From the NCBI GenBank assembly GCA_964016885.1, contig OZ024744.1, positions 82,708,001-82,772,000 on the forward strand: 64,000 nt of DNA. The letters run 5' to 3'. Below are positions 14,301-27,575 of this stretch, in pieces (within the stretch, counting starts at the first letter, position 1; every line of letters begins with the position of its first letter). Below the pieces are notes generated by a model, which saw nothing but the letters and a program-made list of their open reading frames with translations, did no database searches and was not told the origin of the DNA. The DNA is from Eledone cirrhosa. Lineage: Eukaryota. Both the position numbers and the translations under genes were made by a program.

Positions 14301-14504
14301 AGTTATTTCGTGGACGAGGCTTAGAGAACTGAGGACATATGCCTTTCTCTCCGGACAACAATTGATCCCTTCTTTAAGTATCACTTTAGAAGGAGAATCA
14401 GGGTGGAGAGAGAGGCACCGCACCCCAGTAAATTTACTGAAAGGTGGGTGAATGAAGCGAAAATGGCCCGAGTGATTGGGCCTTCTCTGTTTATAAGCCT
14501 ATAG
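11372..14504 (+). pseudogene. Tx1 ORF2 (APE endonuclease, RT, Zn finger), disrupted
   Basis: MASLRFGTVNVRGL, FRLVAVYAP, SYLDRFF, SDH; RT motifs NFRPITLLN, DQSKAFDRVDH, RQGCPLS, AYADD; CPRC..ETVLHAIVHC. Several stops, frameshifts and an internal deletion near 13570. Confidence 0.92.
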
Positions 14505-14737
14505 GTTGAAGAAGAGAGCAAAAGGAAGAAAGGAACACTTGCGCAACACGCTCCTGGAGTTGAGGGTTGTTCTATCGACGTGGTATTAAACAACCCATTT
14601 GTGACACCTCCCCCCTATTGGGGATTTCGAGTGATGTAATTGTTTGTTTTTATATTTTTTACATGACTGTATGTAAAATGCCCGGCATGTCTTTGTATTG
14701 TCCCTTTTTCATGTGCGCCCTTGTGGCAAATAAATAA

Positions 14738-14760
14738 ATCTATCTATCTATCTATCTATA

Positions 14761-14825
<65 letters not shown>

Positions 14826-14826
14826 C
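14738..14826. repeat. (TATC)n between tandem Tx1 copies
   Basis: Direct inspection. Confidence 0.95.
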
Positions 14827-15045
14827 TCTGGGATGGACACACGCGTATAACTTGCTGAGTAAGTTCTGTTTAAATTTCTATAGAAATTCTTGTCTGATAA
14901 CTTTAATTTTTGTACCATTTTGTAGAGGGACTGCCAGGTCAAACTTTGATCTGGTCAGTCTCTCAAAATATTCTACGCCTTTAGGCGAAATAGTTAAACA
15001 AAAAAAAAAAAGTTTTTTCTTGTTGAAAAGTCAATATTTTTTTTA

Positions 15046-16838
15046 ATGGCCGAAGCTTCTTCACCAAAATTCGAAGGAGGAAAGGGGAAGATGAACTTAC
15101 AGCTTCCCCCTGCCACTGTCACAGTAGCAGAGGTCAAGAAGAAAGGTCAGCCAGAGGAAGAATTCCCTCCACCTGTTAACCGACAACTTGACGTTGCCAT
15201 GGCAACAACCCAAAGAATCAGCAGCAACAGCAACAACAACAACAATGCGACGGACGAAAACAACACCAATAACAATAACAATAACAACAACAACAAGACC
15301 AATAACGGTGACAACAACAACAATGATAACAACAACACCACCAACGACAACAACAACACAAACAAACAAAATTCTCCTTCGCCGAGACGACAAGGAAAAC
15401 CCTCGACTATCTGCCAGTAGATATAACAAAAGCGAAGGAGCTACTGGCGGATGCGAAAAAATATATAGTGTACGGGGAAAATGGTTCATTCACAATCCAT
15501 TCCCCCCCCGGAACTAAAAAGCCAGAGACTCCTAAACACGGTCATGTGTAGGACAATCTCGAACAAAAGTAAAAAACCAGCTCAACCATCACAGAGCGAG
15601 ATAGAGCTGGTTTTAAAAGACGTCATGAAGGACATCGCCTTCATTCAGAAGGATAGACTCTACGGGAGTCTATCCATTCTCATGAAGGACAGGGACACAG
15701 CAGTGAAACTGTCCATCAAACCAATCACATCCACCGCATACACCTTCTACCCTACGTACATGGGTAGAAGAACACACAAAATAAAAATCCACACCATCCT
15801 GCCGATTATGGACATATGGTGGGTTTTGACAGGTTTTCTGGACCTGGAGGATGACATGCTGGTGTCCATGGGAAAGGCATCGGGTGACGCGTTCAGTGGA
15901 ACGAGCCTCGAACTTGTAGTTCAAATGAGGCCCGAAAGGATCGCCCAGATCCCTGAACGCGTCATACTGGATGATCTAACCTTCATCAACATTACCGTTG
16001 AGGGTAGACGGCCCTCGTGTTACCTCTGCGGAACCAGAGGTCACCTGAGGGCTGTCTGTCCCCAACTTAATAAGAAAACCCCAATCCTGCCTACACCACC
16101 AACAACTGCACAACCAACACAATCACCACAACTACCACTACAAAAACAACCACCACAGGTCAAACCAAAACAAAACAATATCCAACCCATCCCCTCCACT
16201 CAAAAAACAAAAACAATTTCCAAAACACCCGCACCGCAAACACAACCCGAAAATATACCCCTCCCCTCCAACGCGGAAGATGACCCTAGTTCGTCGTCAG
16301 ACGAGGAGGAGCACTTCCACACAATCAAAAGAAAAAAAAGAAAACACCTCAGACACACAAATGAAAACAACCCCTCCCCAAAACATAACACTGACACCAA
16401 CACAAAAGAGCTCACAACAACAGCAAACAAAAAACACCACACAAAAACAAAAACATGCATACACATACATAAACACAAGAAACAAAAAAACTGTTAAACA
16501 TTGTGTACAACAACAATCTAATAAAAACACAAGGGCCTAACTTCACCCAGGCAGGGGATTTCCCCCACCTCAAAATGATTAAGGCCCCACAGGACACCTA
16601 TAAAACTTTAAAAAACAATTTTAAAGAGGACGTGGGTCCCCCCTGCGTCGGGCCCATTAACCGCGTCCTCCTAAAAAACTATCCCACCCCCTCCCCAAAC
16701 ACCCACACAACTCCAAGCTCCCCAACCACACAAAACACTGATGCCCCCACACTTCCACAAACCACCACCCCACCCAACAACCCATCCCCCACCCTAATGG
16801 AAATTGTGCAGCCCGATACCCGGGACGCAGAGAGGTAA
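15046..16838 (+). pseudogene. Tx1 ORF1, split into 15046-15420, 15481-16497 and 16503-16838
   Basis: CYLCGTRGHLRAVC knuckle; FYPTYMGRR and IWWVL motifs shared with copy A. Confidence 0.85.
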
Positions 16839-17461
16839 GTGTCTTTTCTCTTCACCACCAACATGGCTATGCTAAGAGTAGGCTGTTTAAATGCGCGTGG
16901 CCTGGGCTCAACTTGGAAGCAAGCAATGCTTCTAAATGACCTCAGGTCACAACGTATAGATGTGATTGTTATTTGCGAGGCCCGGATCAGCAACGTGCGA
17001 CAGCTGGCCCCCACCTTTGATGACTTTGAGATGCACGCATCTCTCTGTCAGCCCGGAGGTGGGGGTGGAGTTGTCGTTCTGCTGCAAAAACATCTGGGTC
17101 TCGCAACACAGATGGTACATTTGGACCCGGAGGGTCGACTAGTGGTTCTGGACCTTGGCAGTGGTAAAGGCGGAGCGTTTAGGTTGGTAGCCGATTTCGG
17201 CCGCTGAGATAGAGGACGTGCTGAGCCAATGCGGCAAACGAAAATCCCCGGGTCTCGATGGTCTTCCTTACGAATTATATCTAGCTATGCCGGACTTGTT
17301 CCCGATCTCCTCGAGGCGGTCTACTGCAACTGGCAACAGAACGGGAGAATTCCCTGTACTGTGACCAAGGGCGTAGTCACGCTAGTGAGGAAGGGCGAGA
17401 ACAAGGGGACGAAATAAGTAACTTCAGGCCCATAACACTGCTAAATACAGAGTTACAGATT

Positions 17462-19312
17462 TTGGCCAAGGTGCTAGCAAAGAGGTTGGCGCTTGTCGTG
17501 GGCAACCTGGTGGGAGATGCGCAAACATGCGCTATCCCGTCCAGGTCCATCCATGACAACCTCCACCTCATGCGATACATCATAGAGAGGGTTGGGAACG
17601 AACCCGGCTTTGGTGGGGCTCTGATCAACTTGGATCAATCTAAGGCGTTCGATAGGGTCGACCATGGTTACCTGGATGCGGTGCTAGCGGCGGCAGGCTT
17701 CGGACCCGTTTTCAGGGGCTGGATCACTGCTATGCACAGCAGCCGCATCTGCTCTAGGGTCAAGGTAAACGGCTACCTCTCGGAGCCGTTCAAAATCGCG
17801 CGGTCCATCCGACAAGGGTGCCCTCTCTCCTCCCTTCTGTATGTGTTGACTCTCGAGCCACTACTGCGGAAGTTGGAGTTGTTGCAGGGCATCCCTTTGG
17901 AACCGGGATTGCGGAAAGCGGTGTCGGCCTACGCCGATGACGTGACAGTAATGGTGTCGACGGCCTCCGAAATCGAGGCGGTCGGCACCTTACTGGAGGA
18001 GTACGAAAAGTTCACAGGGGCTAAGCTGAACCGGGACAAGTCGATCGGTTTGCAACTCGGCACGTGGAGGGGCAGACCAATGCCCTCCGATAGCGTCGTC
18101 GGACGCTGGACGGAGGGCCCGGTGAAGTTGCTCGGGGTCTGGTTCGGACCGGACCTCCAGGTGGAGAAAAACTGGGCGGAGGTTACGAACAGGGTGTTTG
18201 CACTGACCCAGAAGTTGGCCAGTTGCAAACTATCCCTGAAAGGTCGGGCGGAGGTGGCGAACACCTACATAGCGTCCGTCATCTACTACCGCCTGACCGT
18301 AGTGCCCTGCCCAAGGGAAACCCTCACCAAGATGGAGCGCGCGCTCTTCCAATTCCTTTGGAAGAGGCGGGCTCCTATAGTGAGGAGATCCATCTGCTGT
18401 CAACACCCTTCGAAAGGAGGGCTGGGGATGCCGTGGCTAATGATGCGTAAACACGCATTAAGGCTACGGCACCTCTACGTATTCCTCACCGGACAACCGG
18501 TGTGGGCCTCGTTTGTGAGACGAACCTTTCCCAGACTCGTCTCACTCACCGAGCTGCAATCCTGGGTCAAGCAAAGACCGAGAAAACTGGGCGCCTGGCA
18601 CACTGAGTGTGCCCAGGCGCTCACCGCCCTCTGGCAGGCGGATCCGGTTATCAGTGGAGACTCCACCGCAACATTCTATAGAGGGCTGGTACGCAGCAGG
18701 TGCGACGACGCCCTCGGAGAAGCCCTAGACATGGAGGAGGACGAACTGGCCAGCCTGTTCGGTAGGACATTCAGCCCGGGACCTATCGACAACTTCCAGA
18801 AGTCCCTGGCCTGGCAGTGCTACCGAGGGGCTTTACCCGTTCGAGAAAGGCTCTACAGACACGGGCGCCCGGGTAGGGACCCCGCCAAAAAGATCTGTCC
18901 CAGATGCGTGTGCGACGAGGAAACCGTTGCACACGCATTGGTACACTGCTCGGGCGTAGCCGATCTGTGGGGCTATGTCGAACAACTGCTGTCAAGGGTG
19001 GGACCGATCCGGTTGACCACCGAGTCTATTGTAATGATCAAGCCGCCTCCCCCCTTCAAAGATGAAGCAGAGGCGGTGTTTCTGTGCGTAATAGCCATGG
19101 CGAAAGAGGTTGTATGGTGGACGCGTCTGAAAGGACTGAGGTCAGGCACCTTTCTCTCTGGCCAACAACTGGTCCGTTTCTTCCGATATCATTTCGGAAG
19201 AAGGATCAGGATGGAGAGAGAGGTGCTGCACCCCAGCCGTTTCTATGAAAGATGGGTGAAAGTGGCGAGAATGGCCCGTGTGAATGGGCCTTCACTCTAC
19301 ATCAGACTATAG
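17462..19312 (+). CDS. Tx1 ORF2 open segment: reverse transcriptase to C-terminal Zn finger (616 aa)
   Basis: DQSKAFDRVDH, RQGCPLS, AYADD, KLLGVWF, LSLKGRA, GGLG, CPRC..ETVAHALVHC. The upstream EN is largely deleted, so the element is not autonomous. Confidence 0.85.
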   Translation: MAKVLAKRLALVVGNLVGDAQTCAIPSRSIHDNLHLMRYIIERVGNEPGFGGALINLDQSKAFDRVDHGYLDAVLAAAGFGPVFRGWITAMHSSRICSRVKVNGYLSEPFKIARSIRQGCPLSSLLYVLTLEPLLRKLELLQGIPLEPGLRKAVSAYADDVTVMVSTASEIEAVGTLLEEYEKFTGAKLNRDKSIGLQLGTWRGRPMPSDSVVGRWTEGPVKLLGVWFGPDLQVEKNWAEVTNRVFALTQKLASCKLSLKGRAEVANTYIASVIYYRLTVVPCPRETLTKMERALFQFLWKRRAPIVRRSICCQHPSKGGLGMPWLMMRKHALRLRHLYVFLTGQPVWASFVRRTFPRLVSLTELQSWVKQRPRKLGAWHTECAQALTALWQADPVISGDSTATFYRGLVRSRCDDALGEALDMEEDELASLFGRTFSPGPIDNFQKSLAWQCYRGALPVRERLYRHGRPGRDPAKKICPRCVCDEETVAHALVHCSGVADLWGYVEQLLSRVGPIRLTTESIVMIKPPPPFKDEAEAVFLCVIAMAKEVVWWTRLKGLRSGTFLSGQQLVRFFRYHFGRRIRMEREVLHPSRFYERWVKVARMARVNGPSLYIRL

Positions 19313-19576
19313 GTGAGGAAGATGAAAGACCAAGGGAGCACCCCTTCTCTGTGCTCCTGAGGAGAAGGGTTGCACACTTTTTTCGGGGGTGTGTGCGACC
19401 CCCCAAGGCGCCTCCTCTCTATTGAGGATTTTGTTAAAAATTTTATTTTTTGTTATATCTTATTTTATTTTTATATTTTGTTATTGCCTCCTCCTTATTG
19501 AGGACGCCTTTTTGTGTAAACTCCCCCCTTTGTACTTGTCCCACTTTTGATGCCCTAGTGGCAAATAAAAGAAACA

Positions 19577-19648
<72 letters not shown>

Positions 19649-19910
19649 ATTCTCTTTCTGTCGGCCTCTCTTTTATTCCCTCTCACACACAATCTCTCTC
19701 TCTCTCTCACTCTCTTTCTCTCTGTCTCTCTGTCTCTGTCTCTCTTTACAACAAACGCTCTCTATACGTCAACATTCCTCCATCTGTCTCTCTGTCTGTC
19801 CCTCTTTTTCGGTGTGTCTGATTCTCTCTCTCGCTCTTTCTCTCTGTATATATATACATATATATATATATAGAGAGAGAGAGAGAGGGGGGGGGGGCTG
19901 TATATATATA

Positions 19911-19944
<34 letters not shown>

Positions 19945-20303
19945 GATAGGGAGAGAGAGACAGATTTACACATACTGAATTCATTTGCCAAAATCTGGGG
20001 ATTTTTTCCCCTGTGAGTTACACATGTGCTTTTATAAAACACGGTGTCATCCACAACACTGGTGCAGAACAAAATGCCTGTTGATAACATGATATTCCTC
20101 GTTCGCTCATTATACCAAAAGCTTATTGTTTTAAGCAGACAATATTATTTATTTAGGTGTCACAGAAACCCTGTACTGGATTTTACCACCAATTCCAAGG
20201 GACCAGGTTTGTTATATATATATGTATATATATATAACTATATATATATATATGTATATATATACTAAGAGTGAGAAATGAAATTTCGTTTCATTCTATT
20301 CCA

Positions 20304-20340
<37 letters not shown>

Positions 20341-20416
20341 CGAAGGAAATGTGCTAAGGAACCAGGTGGACCATAACGCACCAAAGTACTCAACACTTGG
20401 GGTAGTAGAGTGGGTA

Positions 20417-20528
20417 ATAGGAACCAGTAAGACCCTGACGGCTGAGCTCAAGCCGTTTCGACGGCTAATTCTAGTCCAGAATTAACCGTCGAAACGGCTT
20501 GAGCTCAGCCGTCAGGGTCTTACTGGTT

Positions 20529-20533
<5 letters not shown>
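20417..20533. repeat. Fold-back palindrome (~56-bp arms, 5-nt loop) containing the 3' half of a hammerhead
   Basis: Arms carry GAAA CGGCT-TGAGCTC-AGCCG TC AGGGTC (stem III + GUC); flanked by (TA)n. Confidence 0.85.
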
Positions 20534-20601
<68 letters not shown>

Positions 20602-20605
20602 GACA

Positions 20606-20665
<60 letters not shown>

Positions 20666-20844
20666 TGTCATTTATTTTGAGTGACCTGTTTAGCTTGACT
20701 TGTTTTTTGGCTTAGGTCGTTTATGGCTTCTTGACCGCCTTCTCAGTTTGTATAGTCTTTATAACCTATGTTTATTGCTCTGGTCTTTTTTAGCCCATGG
20801 AACGCTTGCCACCATGACTCGGAATGCGATTCTCGCTGAATTTA

Positions 20845-20886
<42 letters not shown>

Positions 20887-21303
20887 TACACATTCACTCA
20901 CACACACACACACCTATATATATACACATACATGTAGATACATATATACACACATACATGTATAAACACACACATATAGATACATATATATATATATATA
21001 CACACATACACACACATATATCTATACGCATACATATATACATGCACATATATATATATATGCATATGCATACACAGACATATAGACATATATATATATA
21101 TATACATATACATACACAGACATATATGCCTCACTTTCCCACTTAGACACTCATACATTATCTTTTTTTTAGTCTTCAGTTCCCACTCTATTCTTTCGGC
21201 TTCTCCACCATCACCCCTCCTCTCTCTCCCTTGCGCACTCTTTCTCCTTTTCTATATCACTCTCTTTCCCACCTCCTCTCTTTCGCGCGCACTTTTCTCC
21301 TTT

Positions 21304-21430
21304 TCTTCTTCTTCTTCTTCTTCTTCTTCTTCTTCTTCTTCTTCTTCTTCTTCTTCTTCTTCTTCTTCTTCTTCTTCTTCTTCTTCTTCTTCTTCTTCTT
21401 CTTCTTCTTCTTCTTCTTCTTCTTCTTCTT

Positions 21431-21460
<30 letters not shown>
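21304..21460. repeat. (CTT)n microsatellite
   Basis: About 52 perfect units. Confidence 0.97.
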
Positions 21461-21462
<2 letters not shown>

Positions 21463-21608
21463 AACCACGACGACGACGACGACGACCACCACCACCATCA
21501 CCACCACCGTCACTCCACCACGACCAGCACCAGCACCAACATCAGCACCAACACCACCACTACCATCAACACCACAAGCACCACCACCACCACCACCACC
21601 ACCACCAT

Positions 21609-21655
<47 letters not shown>

Positions 21656-22250
21656 ATAATAATAATAATAATACTAACACCACCACCACCACCTCCAACA
21701 CCAGCACCACAACCACCAGCACCAGCACCAGCACCAGCACCACCACCACCACCACCACCACCTCCAAGACCAACACCACCAGAACCACCAATAAGACCAC
21801 CACCAGCACTAAGACCACCACCACCACCACCACCAAGACCACCACCACCAAGACCATCACCACCAATACCACCACCACCACCACCATCACCACCATCAAG
21901 ACCACCACCACCATCAAGAACGCCACCACCACCACAACCATCAAGACCACCATCACCACCACCACCATGAAGACCACCACCACCACCACCACTACCATCA
22001 AGACCACCATTCACCACCACCAACACTACCATCAAGACCACCATCACCACCACCACCATCAAGACCACCACCACCACCACCACCACCACCACTACCATCA
22101 AGACCACCATTCACCACCACCACCACTACCATCAAGACCACCATTCACCACCACCACCACCAATACCACCATCACCACCACCACCACCACCACCACCATC
22201 ATCAATACCACCACCAACACCACCACCAACATCCCCCCTCCCACCACCAC
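21461..22250. repeat. (CAC)n/(TAC)n cryptic repeat with recurring CCATCAAGACCACC
   Basis: Direct inspection. Confidence 0.9.
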
Positions 22251-22577
22251 TGTTTTCCTGTATTTTTCTTCCCTCACACACAGAAGAACCGTGCAATTTA
22301 CAAGAGAAATAAAGAGGAGTACAGCCTAAGACTTGAGGAGTTTTTCACATGACACACACCAACAAATGTTTGTGCAATAGATTTCAATATCAGCTAAGTG
22401 AATTATAACAATTGCTTTATCGATCTGGCGCCGCCTAACTTCTACGAATTAGCAGACCGTGTTTGCGTTCTAGTAATCGCCACCATGCCAACCGTGAAAC
22501 ACTTCCCAAGCGGTCGGTTATCGCTCCACTCCACACTACCGATGTCTTTAATTAATAGGAATTGTTTTTGTTTGTTT

Positions 22578-22622
<45 letters not shown>

Positions 22623-22797
22623 TGTTGTTGTATTTTTTTTTGTTAAACGAAAGGAACGAGCATCGAGCATTGAAAAACGAGCAACGGTAACGGCGACGGC
22701 ATCGACACGGTCAGCGACAGCAACAACGGCAACAGCCAAGGAGTTTTTGGAAAATGGATAGATATTGACAATAAAGACTCAAAGAGAGGGAAAAGTG

Positions 22798-22862
<65 letters not shown>

Positions 22863-22943
22863 AGGTGAGTTTTATTGTAGTACAATGTTGATTTAAAACT
22901 TCACTATTCACAAGTGTTTTTTAAACTTCATATTATGTATCCC

Positions 22944-23014
22944 TATTTTATTTGACGAAAACGCAAATGTCATCTCATGATGATATTTGTTTTTGAAATG
23001 CGCATAATAAAATA
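22944..23014 (+). ncRNA. Second copy of the 6507 hammerhead (core mutated to TTGACGA)
   Basis: 22920-23046 aligns to 6482-6610; same ATGCGCAT stem III and TATTTTAT/ATAAAATA stem I; inside (TA)n. Confidence 0.75.
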
Positions 23015-23044
23015 TATGTAACTCTTTTAACCATCTTTTGATCT

Positions 23045-23082
<38 letters not shown>

Positions 23083-23087
23083 AGAAG

Positions 23088-23274
23088 GGCGGTGGATTGG
23101 CAGTATCAGTAGAGGGTCGGACGCCATGCTTTCCATCCAGCATAGTTACGTCCCTTTACGATCTGAGTTCAAATCCCGCCGAGGTTGACTTTGCATTTCA
23201 TCCTTACGTGGTCGATAAAATAAAGTACCAGTAATGCACTGGGTATTTGCTGGCCTTGTGCCTAAAGTAGAAAC

Positions 23275-23280
<6 letters not shown>
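23088..23280 (+). mobile_element. SINE family 1, full length
   Basis: GGCGGTGGATTGGCAGTATCAGTAGAG...GAGTTCAAATCC...AGAAACAATTAT. Confidence 0.9.
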
Positions 23281-23324
<44 letters not shown>

Positions 23325-23409
23325 AGAAGTTCTATTTAAATTGTTGGGATACAACAAACAAATATTTTTATAACTGATATAAAGCACTCAACAAATTATT
23401 GGAGTAAAA

Positions 23410-23543
23410 ATACGATATATTAATAAATGGAAACTATATTTATAAAACCATATTTATTTCATTATACATATCTTCCTTGAAATATGTATAATGAAATAAA
23501 TATGGTTTTATAAATATAGTTTCCATTTATTAATATATTGTAT
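23410..23543. repeat. Fold-back palindrome with hammerhead 3' half
   Basis: ~62-bp arms; the right arm reads T GAAA TAAA-TATGGT-TTTA TA (stem III + AUA). Confidence 0.8.
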
Positions 23544-23593
23544 ATATATATATATTAATATATATATATTAATATATATATATATATATATTA

Positions 23594-23707
<114 letters not shown>

Positions 23708-23761
23708 CGTTTCTGAATTTGTTTAGCAAGATTCTTTATCTGAAATTGTGTGTTGAAACCG

Positions 23762-23951
23762 ATATTGTTATACTTTGGGAGGGTCATGTTGCCAATAAGA
23801 AACACACGCACCAGTTGCTTTCACTTCAATTTATTATATATTTATAAATTTATAAATTTACAAATTTACAAACTTATAATAAATTGAAGTGAAAGCAACT
23901 GGTGCGTGTGTTTCTTATTGGCAACATGACCCTCCCAAAGTATAACAATAT
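23762..23951. repeat. Fold-back palindrome (~76-bp arms, ~38-nt spacer)
   Basis: ATATTGTTATACTTTGGGAGGG...TTTCACTTCAATTTATTATA / TATAATAAATTGAAGTGAAA...CCCTCCCAAAGTATAACAATAT. Confidence 0.9.
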
Positions 23952-23961
23952 ATATATATAA

Positions 23962-24120
23962 ATGAGATTCTACAGGACTAGAACTGTTTCATTCTTTAGA
24001 AATCATATGAAACAGTTCTAGTCCTGTAGAATCTCATCTATATTAAAACTTTTATACTCTGCAATGTATTGAGTACCTTACTTACTGTGGTTACCTCCGA
24101 TTCAACCCGGAATAACGTAA
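23962..24120 (+). mobile_element. Hammerhead-element fragment with 31-bp fold-back
   Basis: Palindrome 23962-24037; T GAAA CAG-TTCTAGTC-CTG TA. The downstream sequence is homologous to 41100-41205 (minus). Confidence 0.75.
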
Positions 24121-24161
<41 letters not shown>

Positions 24162-24359
24162 ATATATATATTATATATATATATTAATAAGGAGTTGACG
24201 GATGCAGCATATTTATCAATGCCAGGACCGGTTGTATCTCAGCGTACTCAATAGGCAATGTAGGATACATTCCCAGAGTATACACATAGTTATTCGCTTC
24301 AATTCAACACACGTAAAACGGGTGCCTATCATATATATATGTATATATGTATATATATA

Positions 24360-24425
<66 letters not shown>

Positions 24426-24529
24426 AGTGTGTATGTGTGTGTGTGTGTGTAAGAAAGAGAGCTCGTGTGTATGAGTGTGAGAGAATAGAGGAGAGAATAT
24501 ATGTGTGAGACTGTGAAAATGTATTTGTG

Positions 24530-24576
24530 AAAGTATGTGAGAGAGGGAGAGAGAGAGAGGGGAGAGAGAGAGAGAA

Positions 24577-24630
<54 letters not shown>

Positions 24631-24766
24631 GAGAGAGAGAAAGAGAGAGAAAGAGAGAGAAAGAGAAAGATGTGGTAGAAAGAGAGAGACAGAGAGAGTG
24701 AGAGAGAAGGAGAGAGAGAGAAAGAGAGTGTGAAAGGGGGAGATAAAAGAGAGAGAATGGATAGGG

Positions 24767-24815
<49 letters not shown>

Positions 24816-24830
24816 AATAGAGGGAGAGGA
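24530..24830. repeat. (GA)n-rich purine tract
   Basis: Direct inspection. Confidence 0.9.
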
Positions 24831-25069
24831 TGGTGGTAGTGAAAGGGAGAAATGGATCTGGAATAATAGAGAGAGATAAACTAAAACTAAGCTATACTGA
24901 AATTCCAAGAAACAAAAAGAGATACTAAGACAAACATACAAAGAATGGGAGGGGGAGAGAGAGGAAGAGAGCTGAAGAGAGAGGGGGATGGGAGAATAAT
25001 TTTACCGATCAAGAAAAAAAAATGCTTTCCCTGTTCCTAGAGTCTTGTCGAAGTAGTGGGAGATGGCGT

Positions 25070-25495
25070 TTGTCATCGTCATCGTCACCATCATCGTTAT
25101 CATCGTCATCATCACCATCATCGTCATCATCACCATCATCGTCATCATCACCATCATCGTCATCATCGTCATCATCATCGTCACCATCATCATCATTATC
25201 CTCATCATAATCATCGTCTCATCATCATCATCACCATCACCATCATTATCGTCATCATCACCACAACCACCACCACCACCACCACCACCACCACCACCAC
25301 CACCACCACCACCACCACCACTACCACCACCACCACCACCACCACTTACTACCATCATTGGGATCATCATCATCATCACCGTTATCATCATCACCGTTGT
25401 CATCATCATCATCATCATCATCATCATCTCATTATCACCACCACCACTACTATCACAACCACCACCACCACCACTACTACCATCATTATCATTAT
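25070..25495. repeat. (CAT)n/(CAC)n compound tract
   Basis: Direct inspection. Confidence 0.9.
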
Positions 25496-25499
25496 CTTT

Positions 25500-26356
25500 C
25501 TGCCCCTCGAGTGACTTCAGGCGCTCACAGCCCTCGACCAAGCGGAAACGGCAATCAGCGGAGACTCCACTTCGACATTCTATAGGGGATTAATGGAGGA
25601 TAAGTGCGACGACGTTCTCGGGGAAACTCAGGAAAGGCATCGAGGAAGACGAACTGACCAGTCTGTTCGGGAGGACTTTCCGTTCAGGGCCTATGGATAA
25701 CTTCCAGCGGTCTCGGGACTGGCAGTGCTACTGAGGAGCTCTACCAGTTCGAGACAAAATCTACAGGTACGGACGCCCTGGCAAAGATCCTGCCAAAAGG
25801 ATCTGCCCAAGATGCGAGCAGGACATCGAAACCGTTCTGCACGCAATTGTTCAGTGTCCAGGGGTGACCGACCTATGGAATTATGTCGAACAGCTACTGT
25901 CACGTGTGGGACACATCCAGTTGTCAGCCGAGTCCATCGTGAGGATCACCCCGTCGCCTTCATTTAAGAATGAAGGAGAGGCGGTTTTCCTCTGTCTGGT
26001 GGCTATGGCGAAAGAGGTAATATGGTGGACGAGGTTAAAAGGACTGAGGGCAAACACTTTTCTCCCCAGACAACAACTTATCCCCTTCTTTAAATACCAC
26101 TTCAGAAGGAAGGTGAGAGTGGAGAGAGAGGTGTTACACCCCAGTAAATTCGCTGAATGGTGGGTGAATGTGGCGAAAATGGCCCGAATGAATGGGCCTT
26201 TCTCTATATATAAACCTGTAGGTTGAGGAAGATAAACAGAGGGAAGACAGGAGCACCTACGAAACGTGTTCCTGGTGTTGAGGGTTGTTCTATCCACGGG
26301 CTGTAAAACAACCCCGCAGTAGCGTTAAACCCCCCCCCCCCATTGGGGATTTCAAT
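25500..26356 (+). mobile_element. Tx1 3' fragment (TATC-type lineage)
   Basis: PMDNFQRS..WQCY, CPRC..ETVLHAIVQC, AMAKEVIWWTRLKG; 3'UTR CCCCATTGGGGATTTC. Confidence 0.88.
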
Positions 26357-26414
26357 TGTTATTATATATAGTTTATTGTTATTTATTAATGTTAAAATTA
26401 TATGTTAAAGTATA

Positions 26415-27542
26415 TGTTGTTGTAGCTGGTAGTGGTGGTGGCGGTGGCTTTGTTGTTGTTGTAGCTGTTCTTGGTGGCTTTGTTGGTTGTGGCGGCGGTG
26501 GTGGTTGCAGTTCTTTTGGTGGTAGTGATGATAGTGATGGTTGTAGTGATGGAGGTTTTAGTGGCGGTGGTGGTGGTACTTTTGGTGATGGTGACGGTGG
26601 TGATGGTTGTAGTGGCGGTAATGGTGGTACTTTTGCTGATGGCGATGGTGGTGATGGTTGTAGTGGCGGTGGTGGTGGTAATTCTGCTGATGGTGGTGAT
26701 GGTTGTAGAGGCGGTGGTGGTGGTAATTCTGCTGATGGTGGTGATGGTTGTAGAGATGGAGGTTGTAGTGGCGGCGGTGGCGGTAATTTTTGCTGGCCGT
26801 GATGGTGGTGGTGGTGGTGGTGGTGGTGATAGTTGTGGTGCGGATGTAAGGAGTTGTGATAAGAAAGGGAATGTAGAATCTAGAGACGCTGGCTGCCGTG
26901 ACAAACTTTTCCAATATCATCACGTTATCATCCAACTTCTTCCTTAAACGTTTCCTTCAACAACACTCTCATCGCCATCCACACTTCCTCCATCCTTCCA
27001 TCCTTCCGTTCTCGACAAGTACTAAAACGACCGCCATTTTCTTCGCCAATACAATCGTAACGTAACACCACCTTTTACCCACCAATAACATTACCACACA
27101 ACCAGTTCTGCTATTGCAACTACCACCACCACCACCACCACCACCACCACCACCGTCGCCAACAACAACGACAACAACAACAACAACACCACCAGCAACC
27201 CCACCACCACCACCACCATCACCACCACCACCAACACCAACACCACCACCACCAACACCACAAAATACCACCAACACCACCGCCACAACCATCACCACCA
27301 CCACCAACACCACCACCACAACCATCACAACCACCAACACCACCACCACCACCACCACCACCAATACCACCACCAACACCACCACCAACACCACCACCAA
27401 CACCACAAACCACCACCACCACCACCACCACCACAACCACCACCAACAGCACCACCACAACCATCACCACCACCAACACCACCACTACCACCTCCACCAC
27501 CACCACAACAACAACAACAACTACAACTACTATCATCAGCAT

Positions 27543-27575
<33 letters not shown>

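Larger units (their letters stand above)
9261..14738 (+). mobile_element. L1/Tx1-clade non-LTR retrotransposon, near full length, in (TATC)n (copy A)
   Basis: ORF1 with CCHC knuckle and ORF2 EN-RT-Zn; 3' end GCCCTTGTGGCAAATAAATAAA; (TATC)n on both flanks. Confidence 0.92.
14830..19576 (+). mobile_element. L1/Tx1-clade retrotransposon in (TATC)n (copy B), with internal ORF2 deletion
   Basis: ORF1 CCHC knuckle; the EN N-terminus jumps at ~17190 to the pre-RT region; 3' end GCCCTAGTGGCAAATAAAAGAAAC then (TATC)n 19577-19647. Confidence 0.92.

Noticed and set aside
17462-19312. Domesticated or active RT gene
   Set aside because: Upstream ORF2 has a large deletion, frameshifts and a stop (~17413); the long open segment is explained by a young TE copy.
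23088-23180. tRNA gene
   Set aside because: A/B-box-like motifs belong to a SINE head followed by a conserved body and tail in more than 12 copies; no clean cloverleaf.
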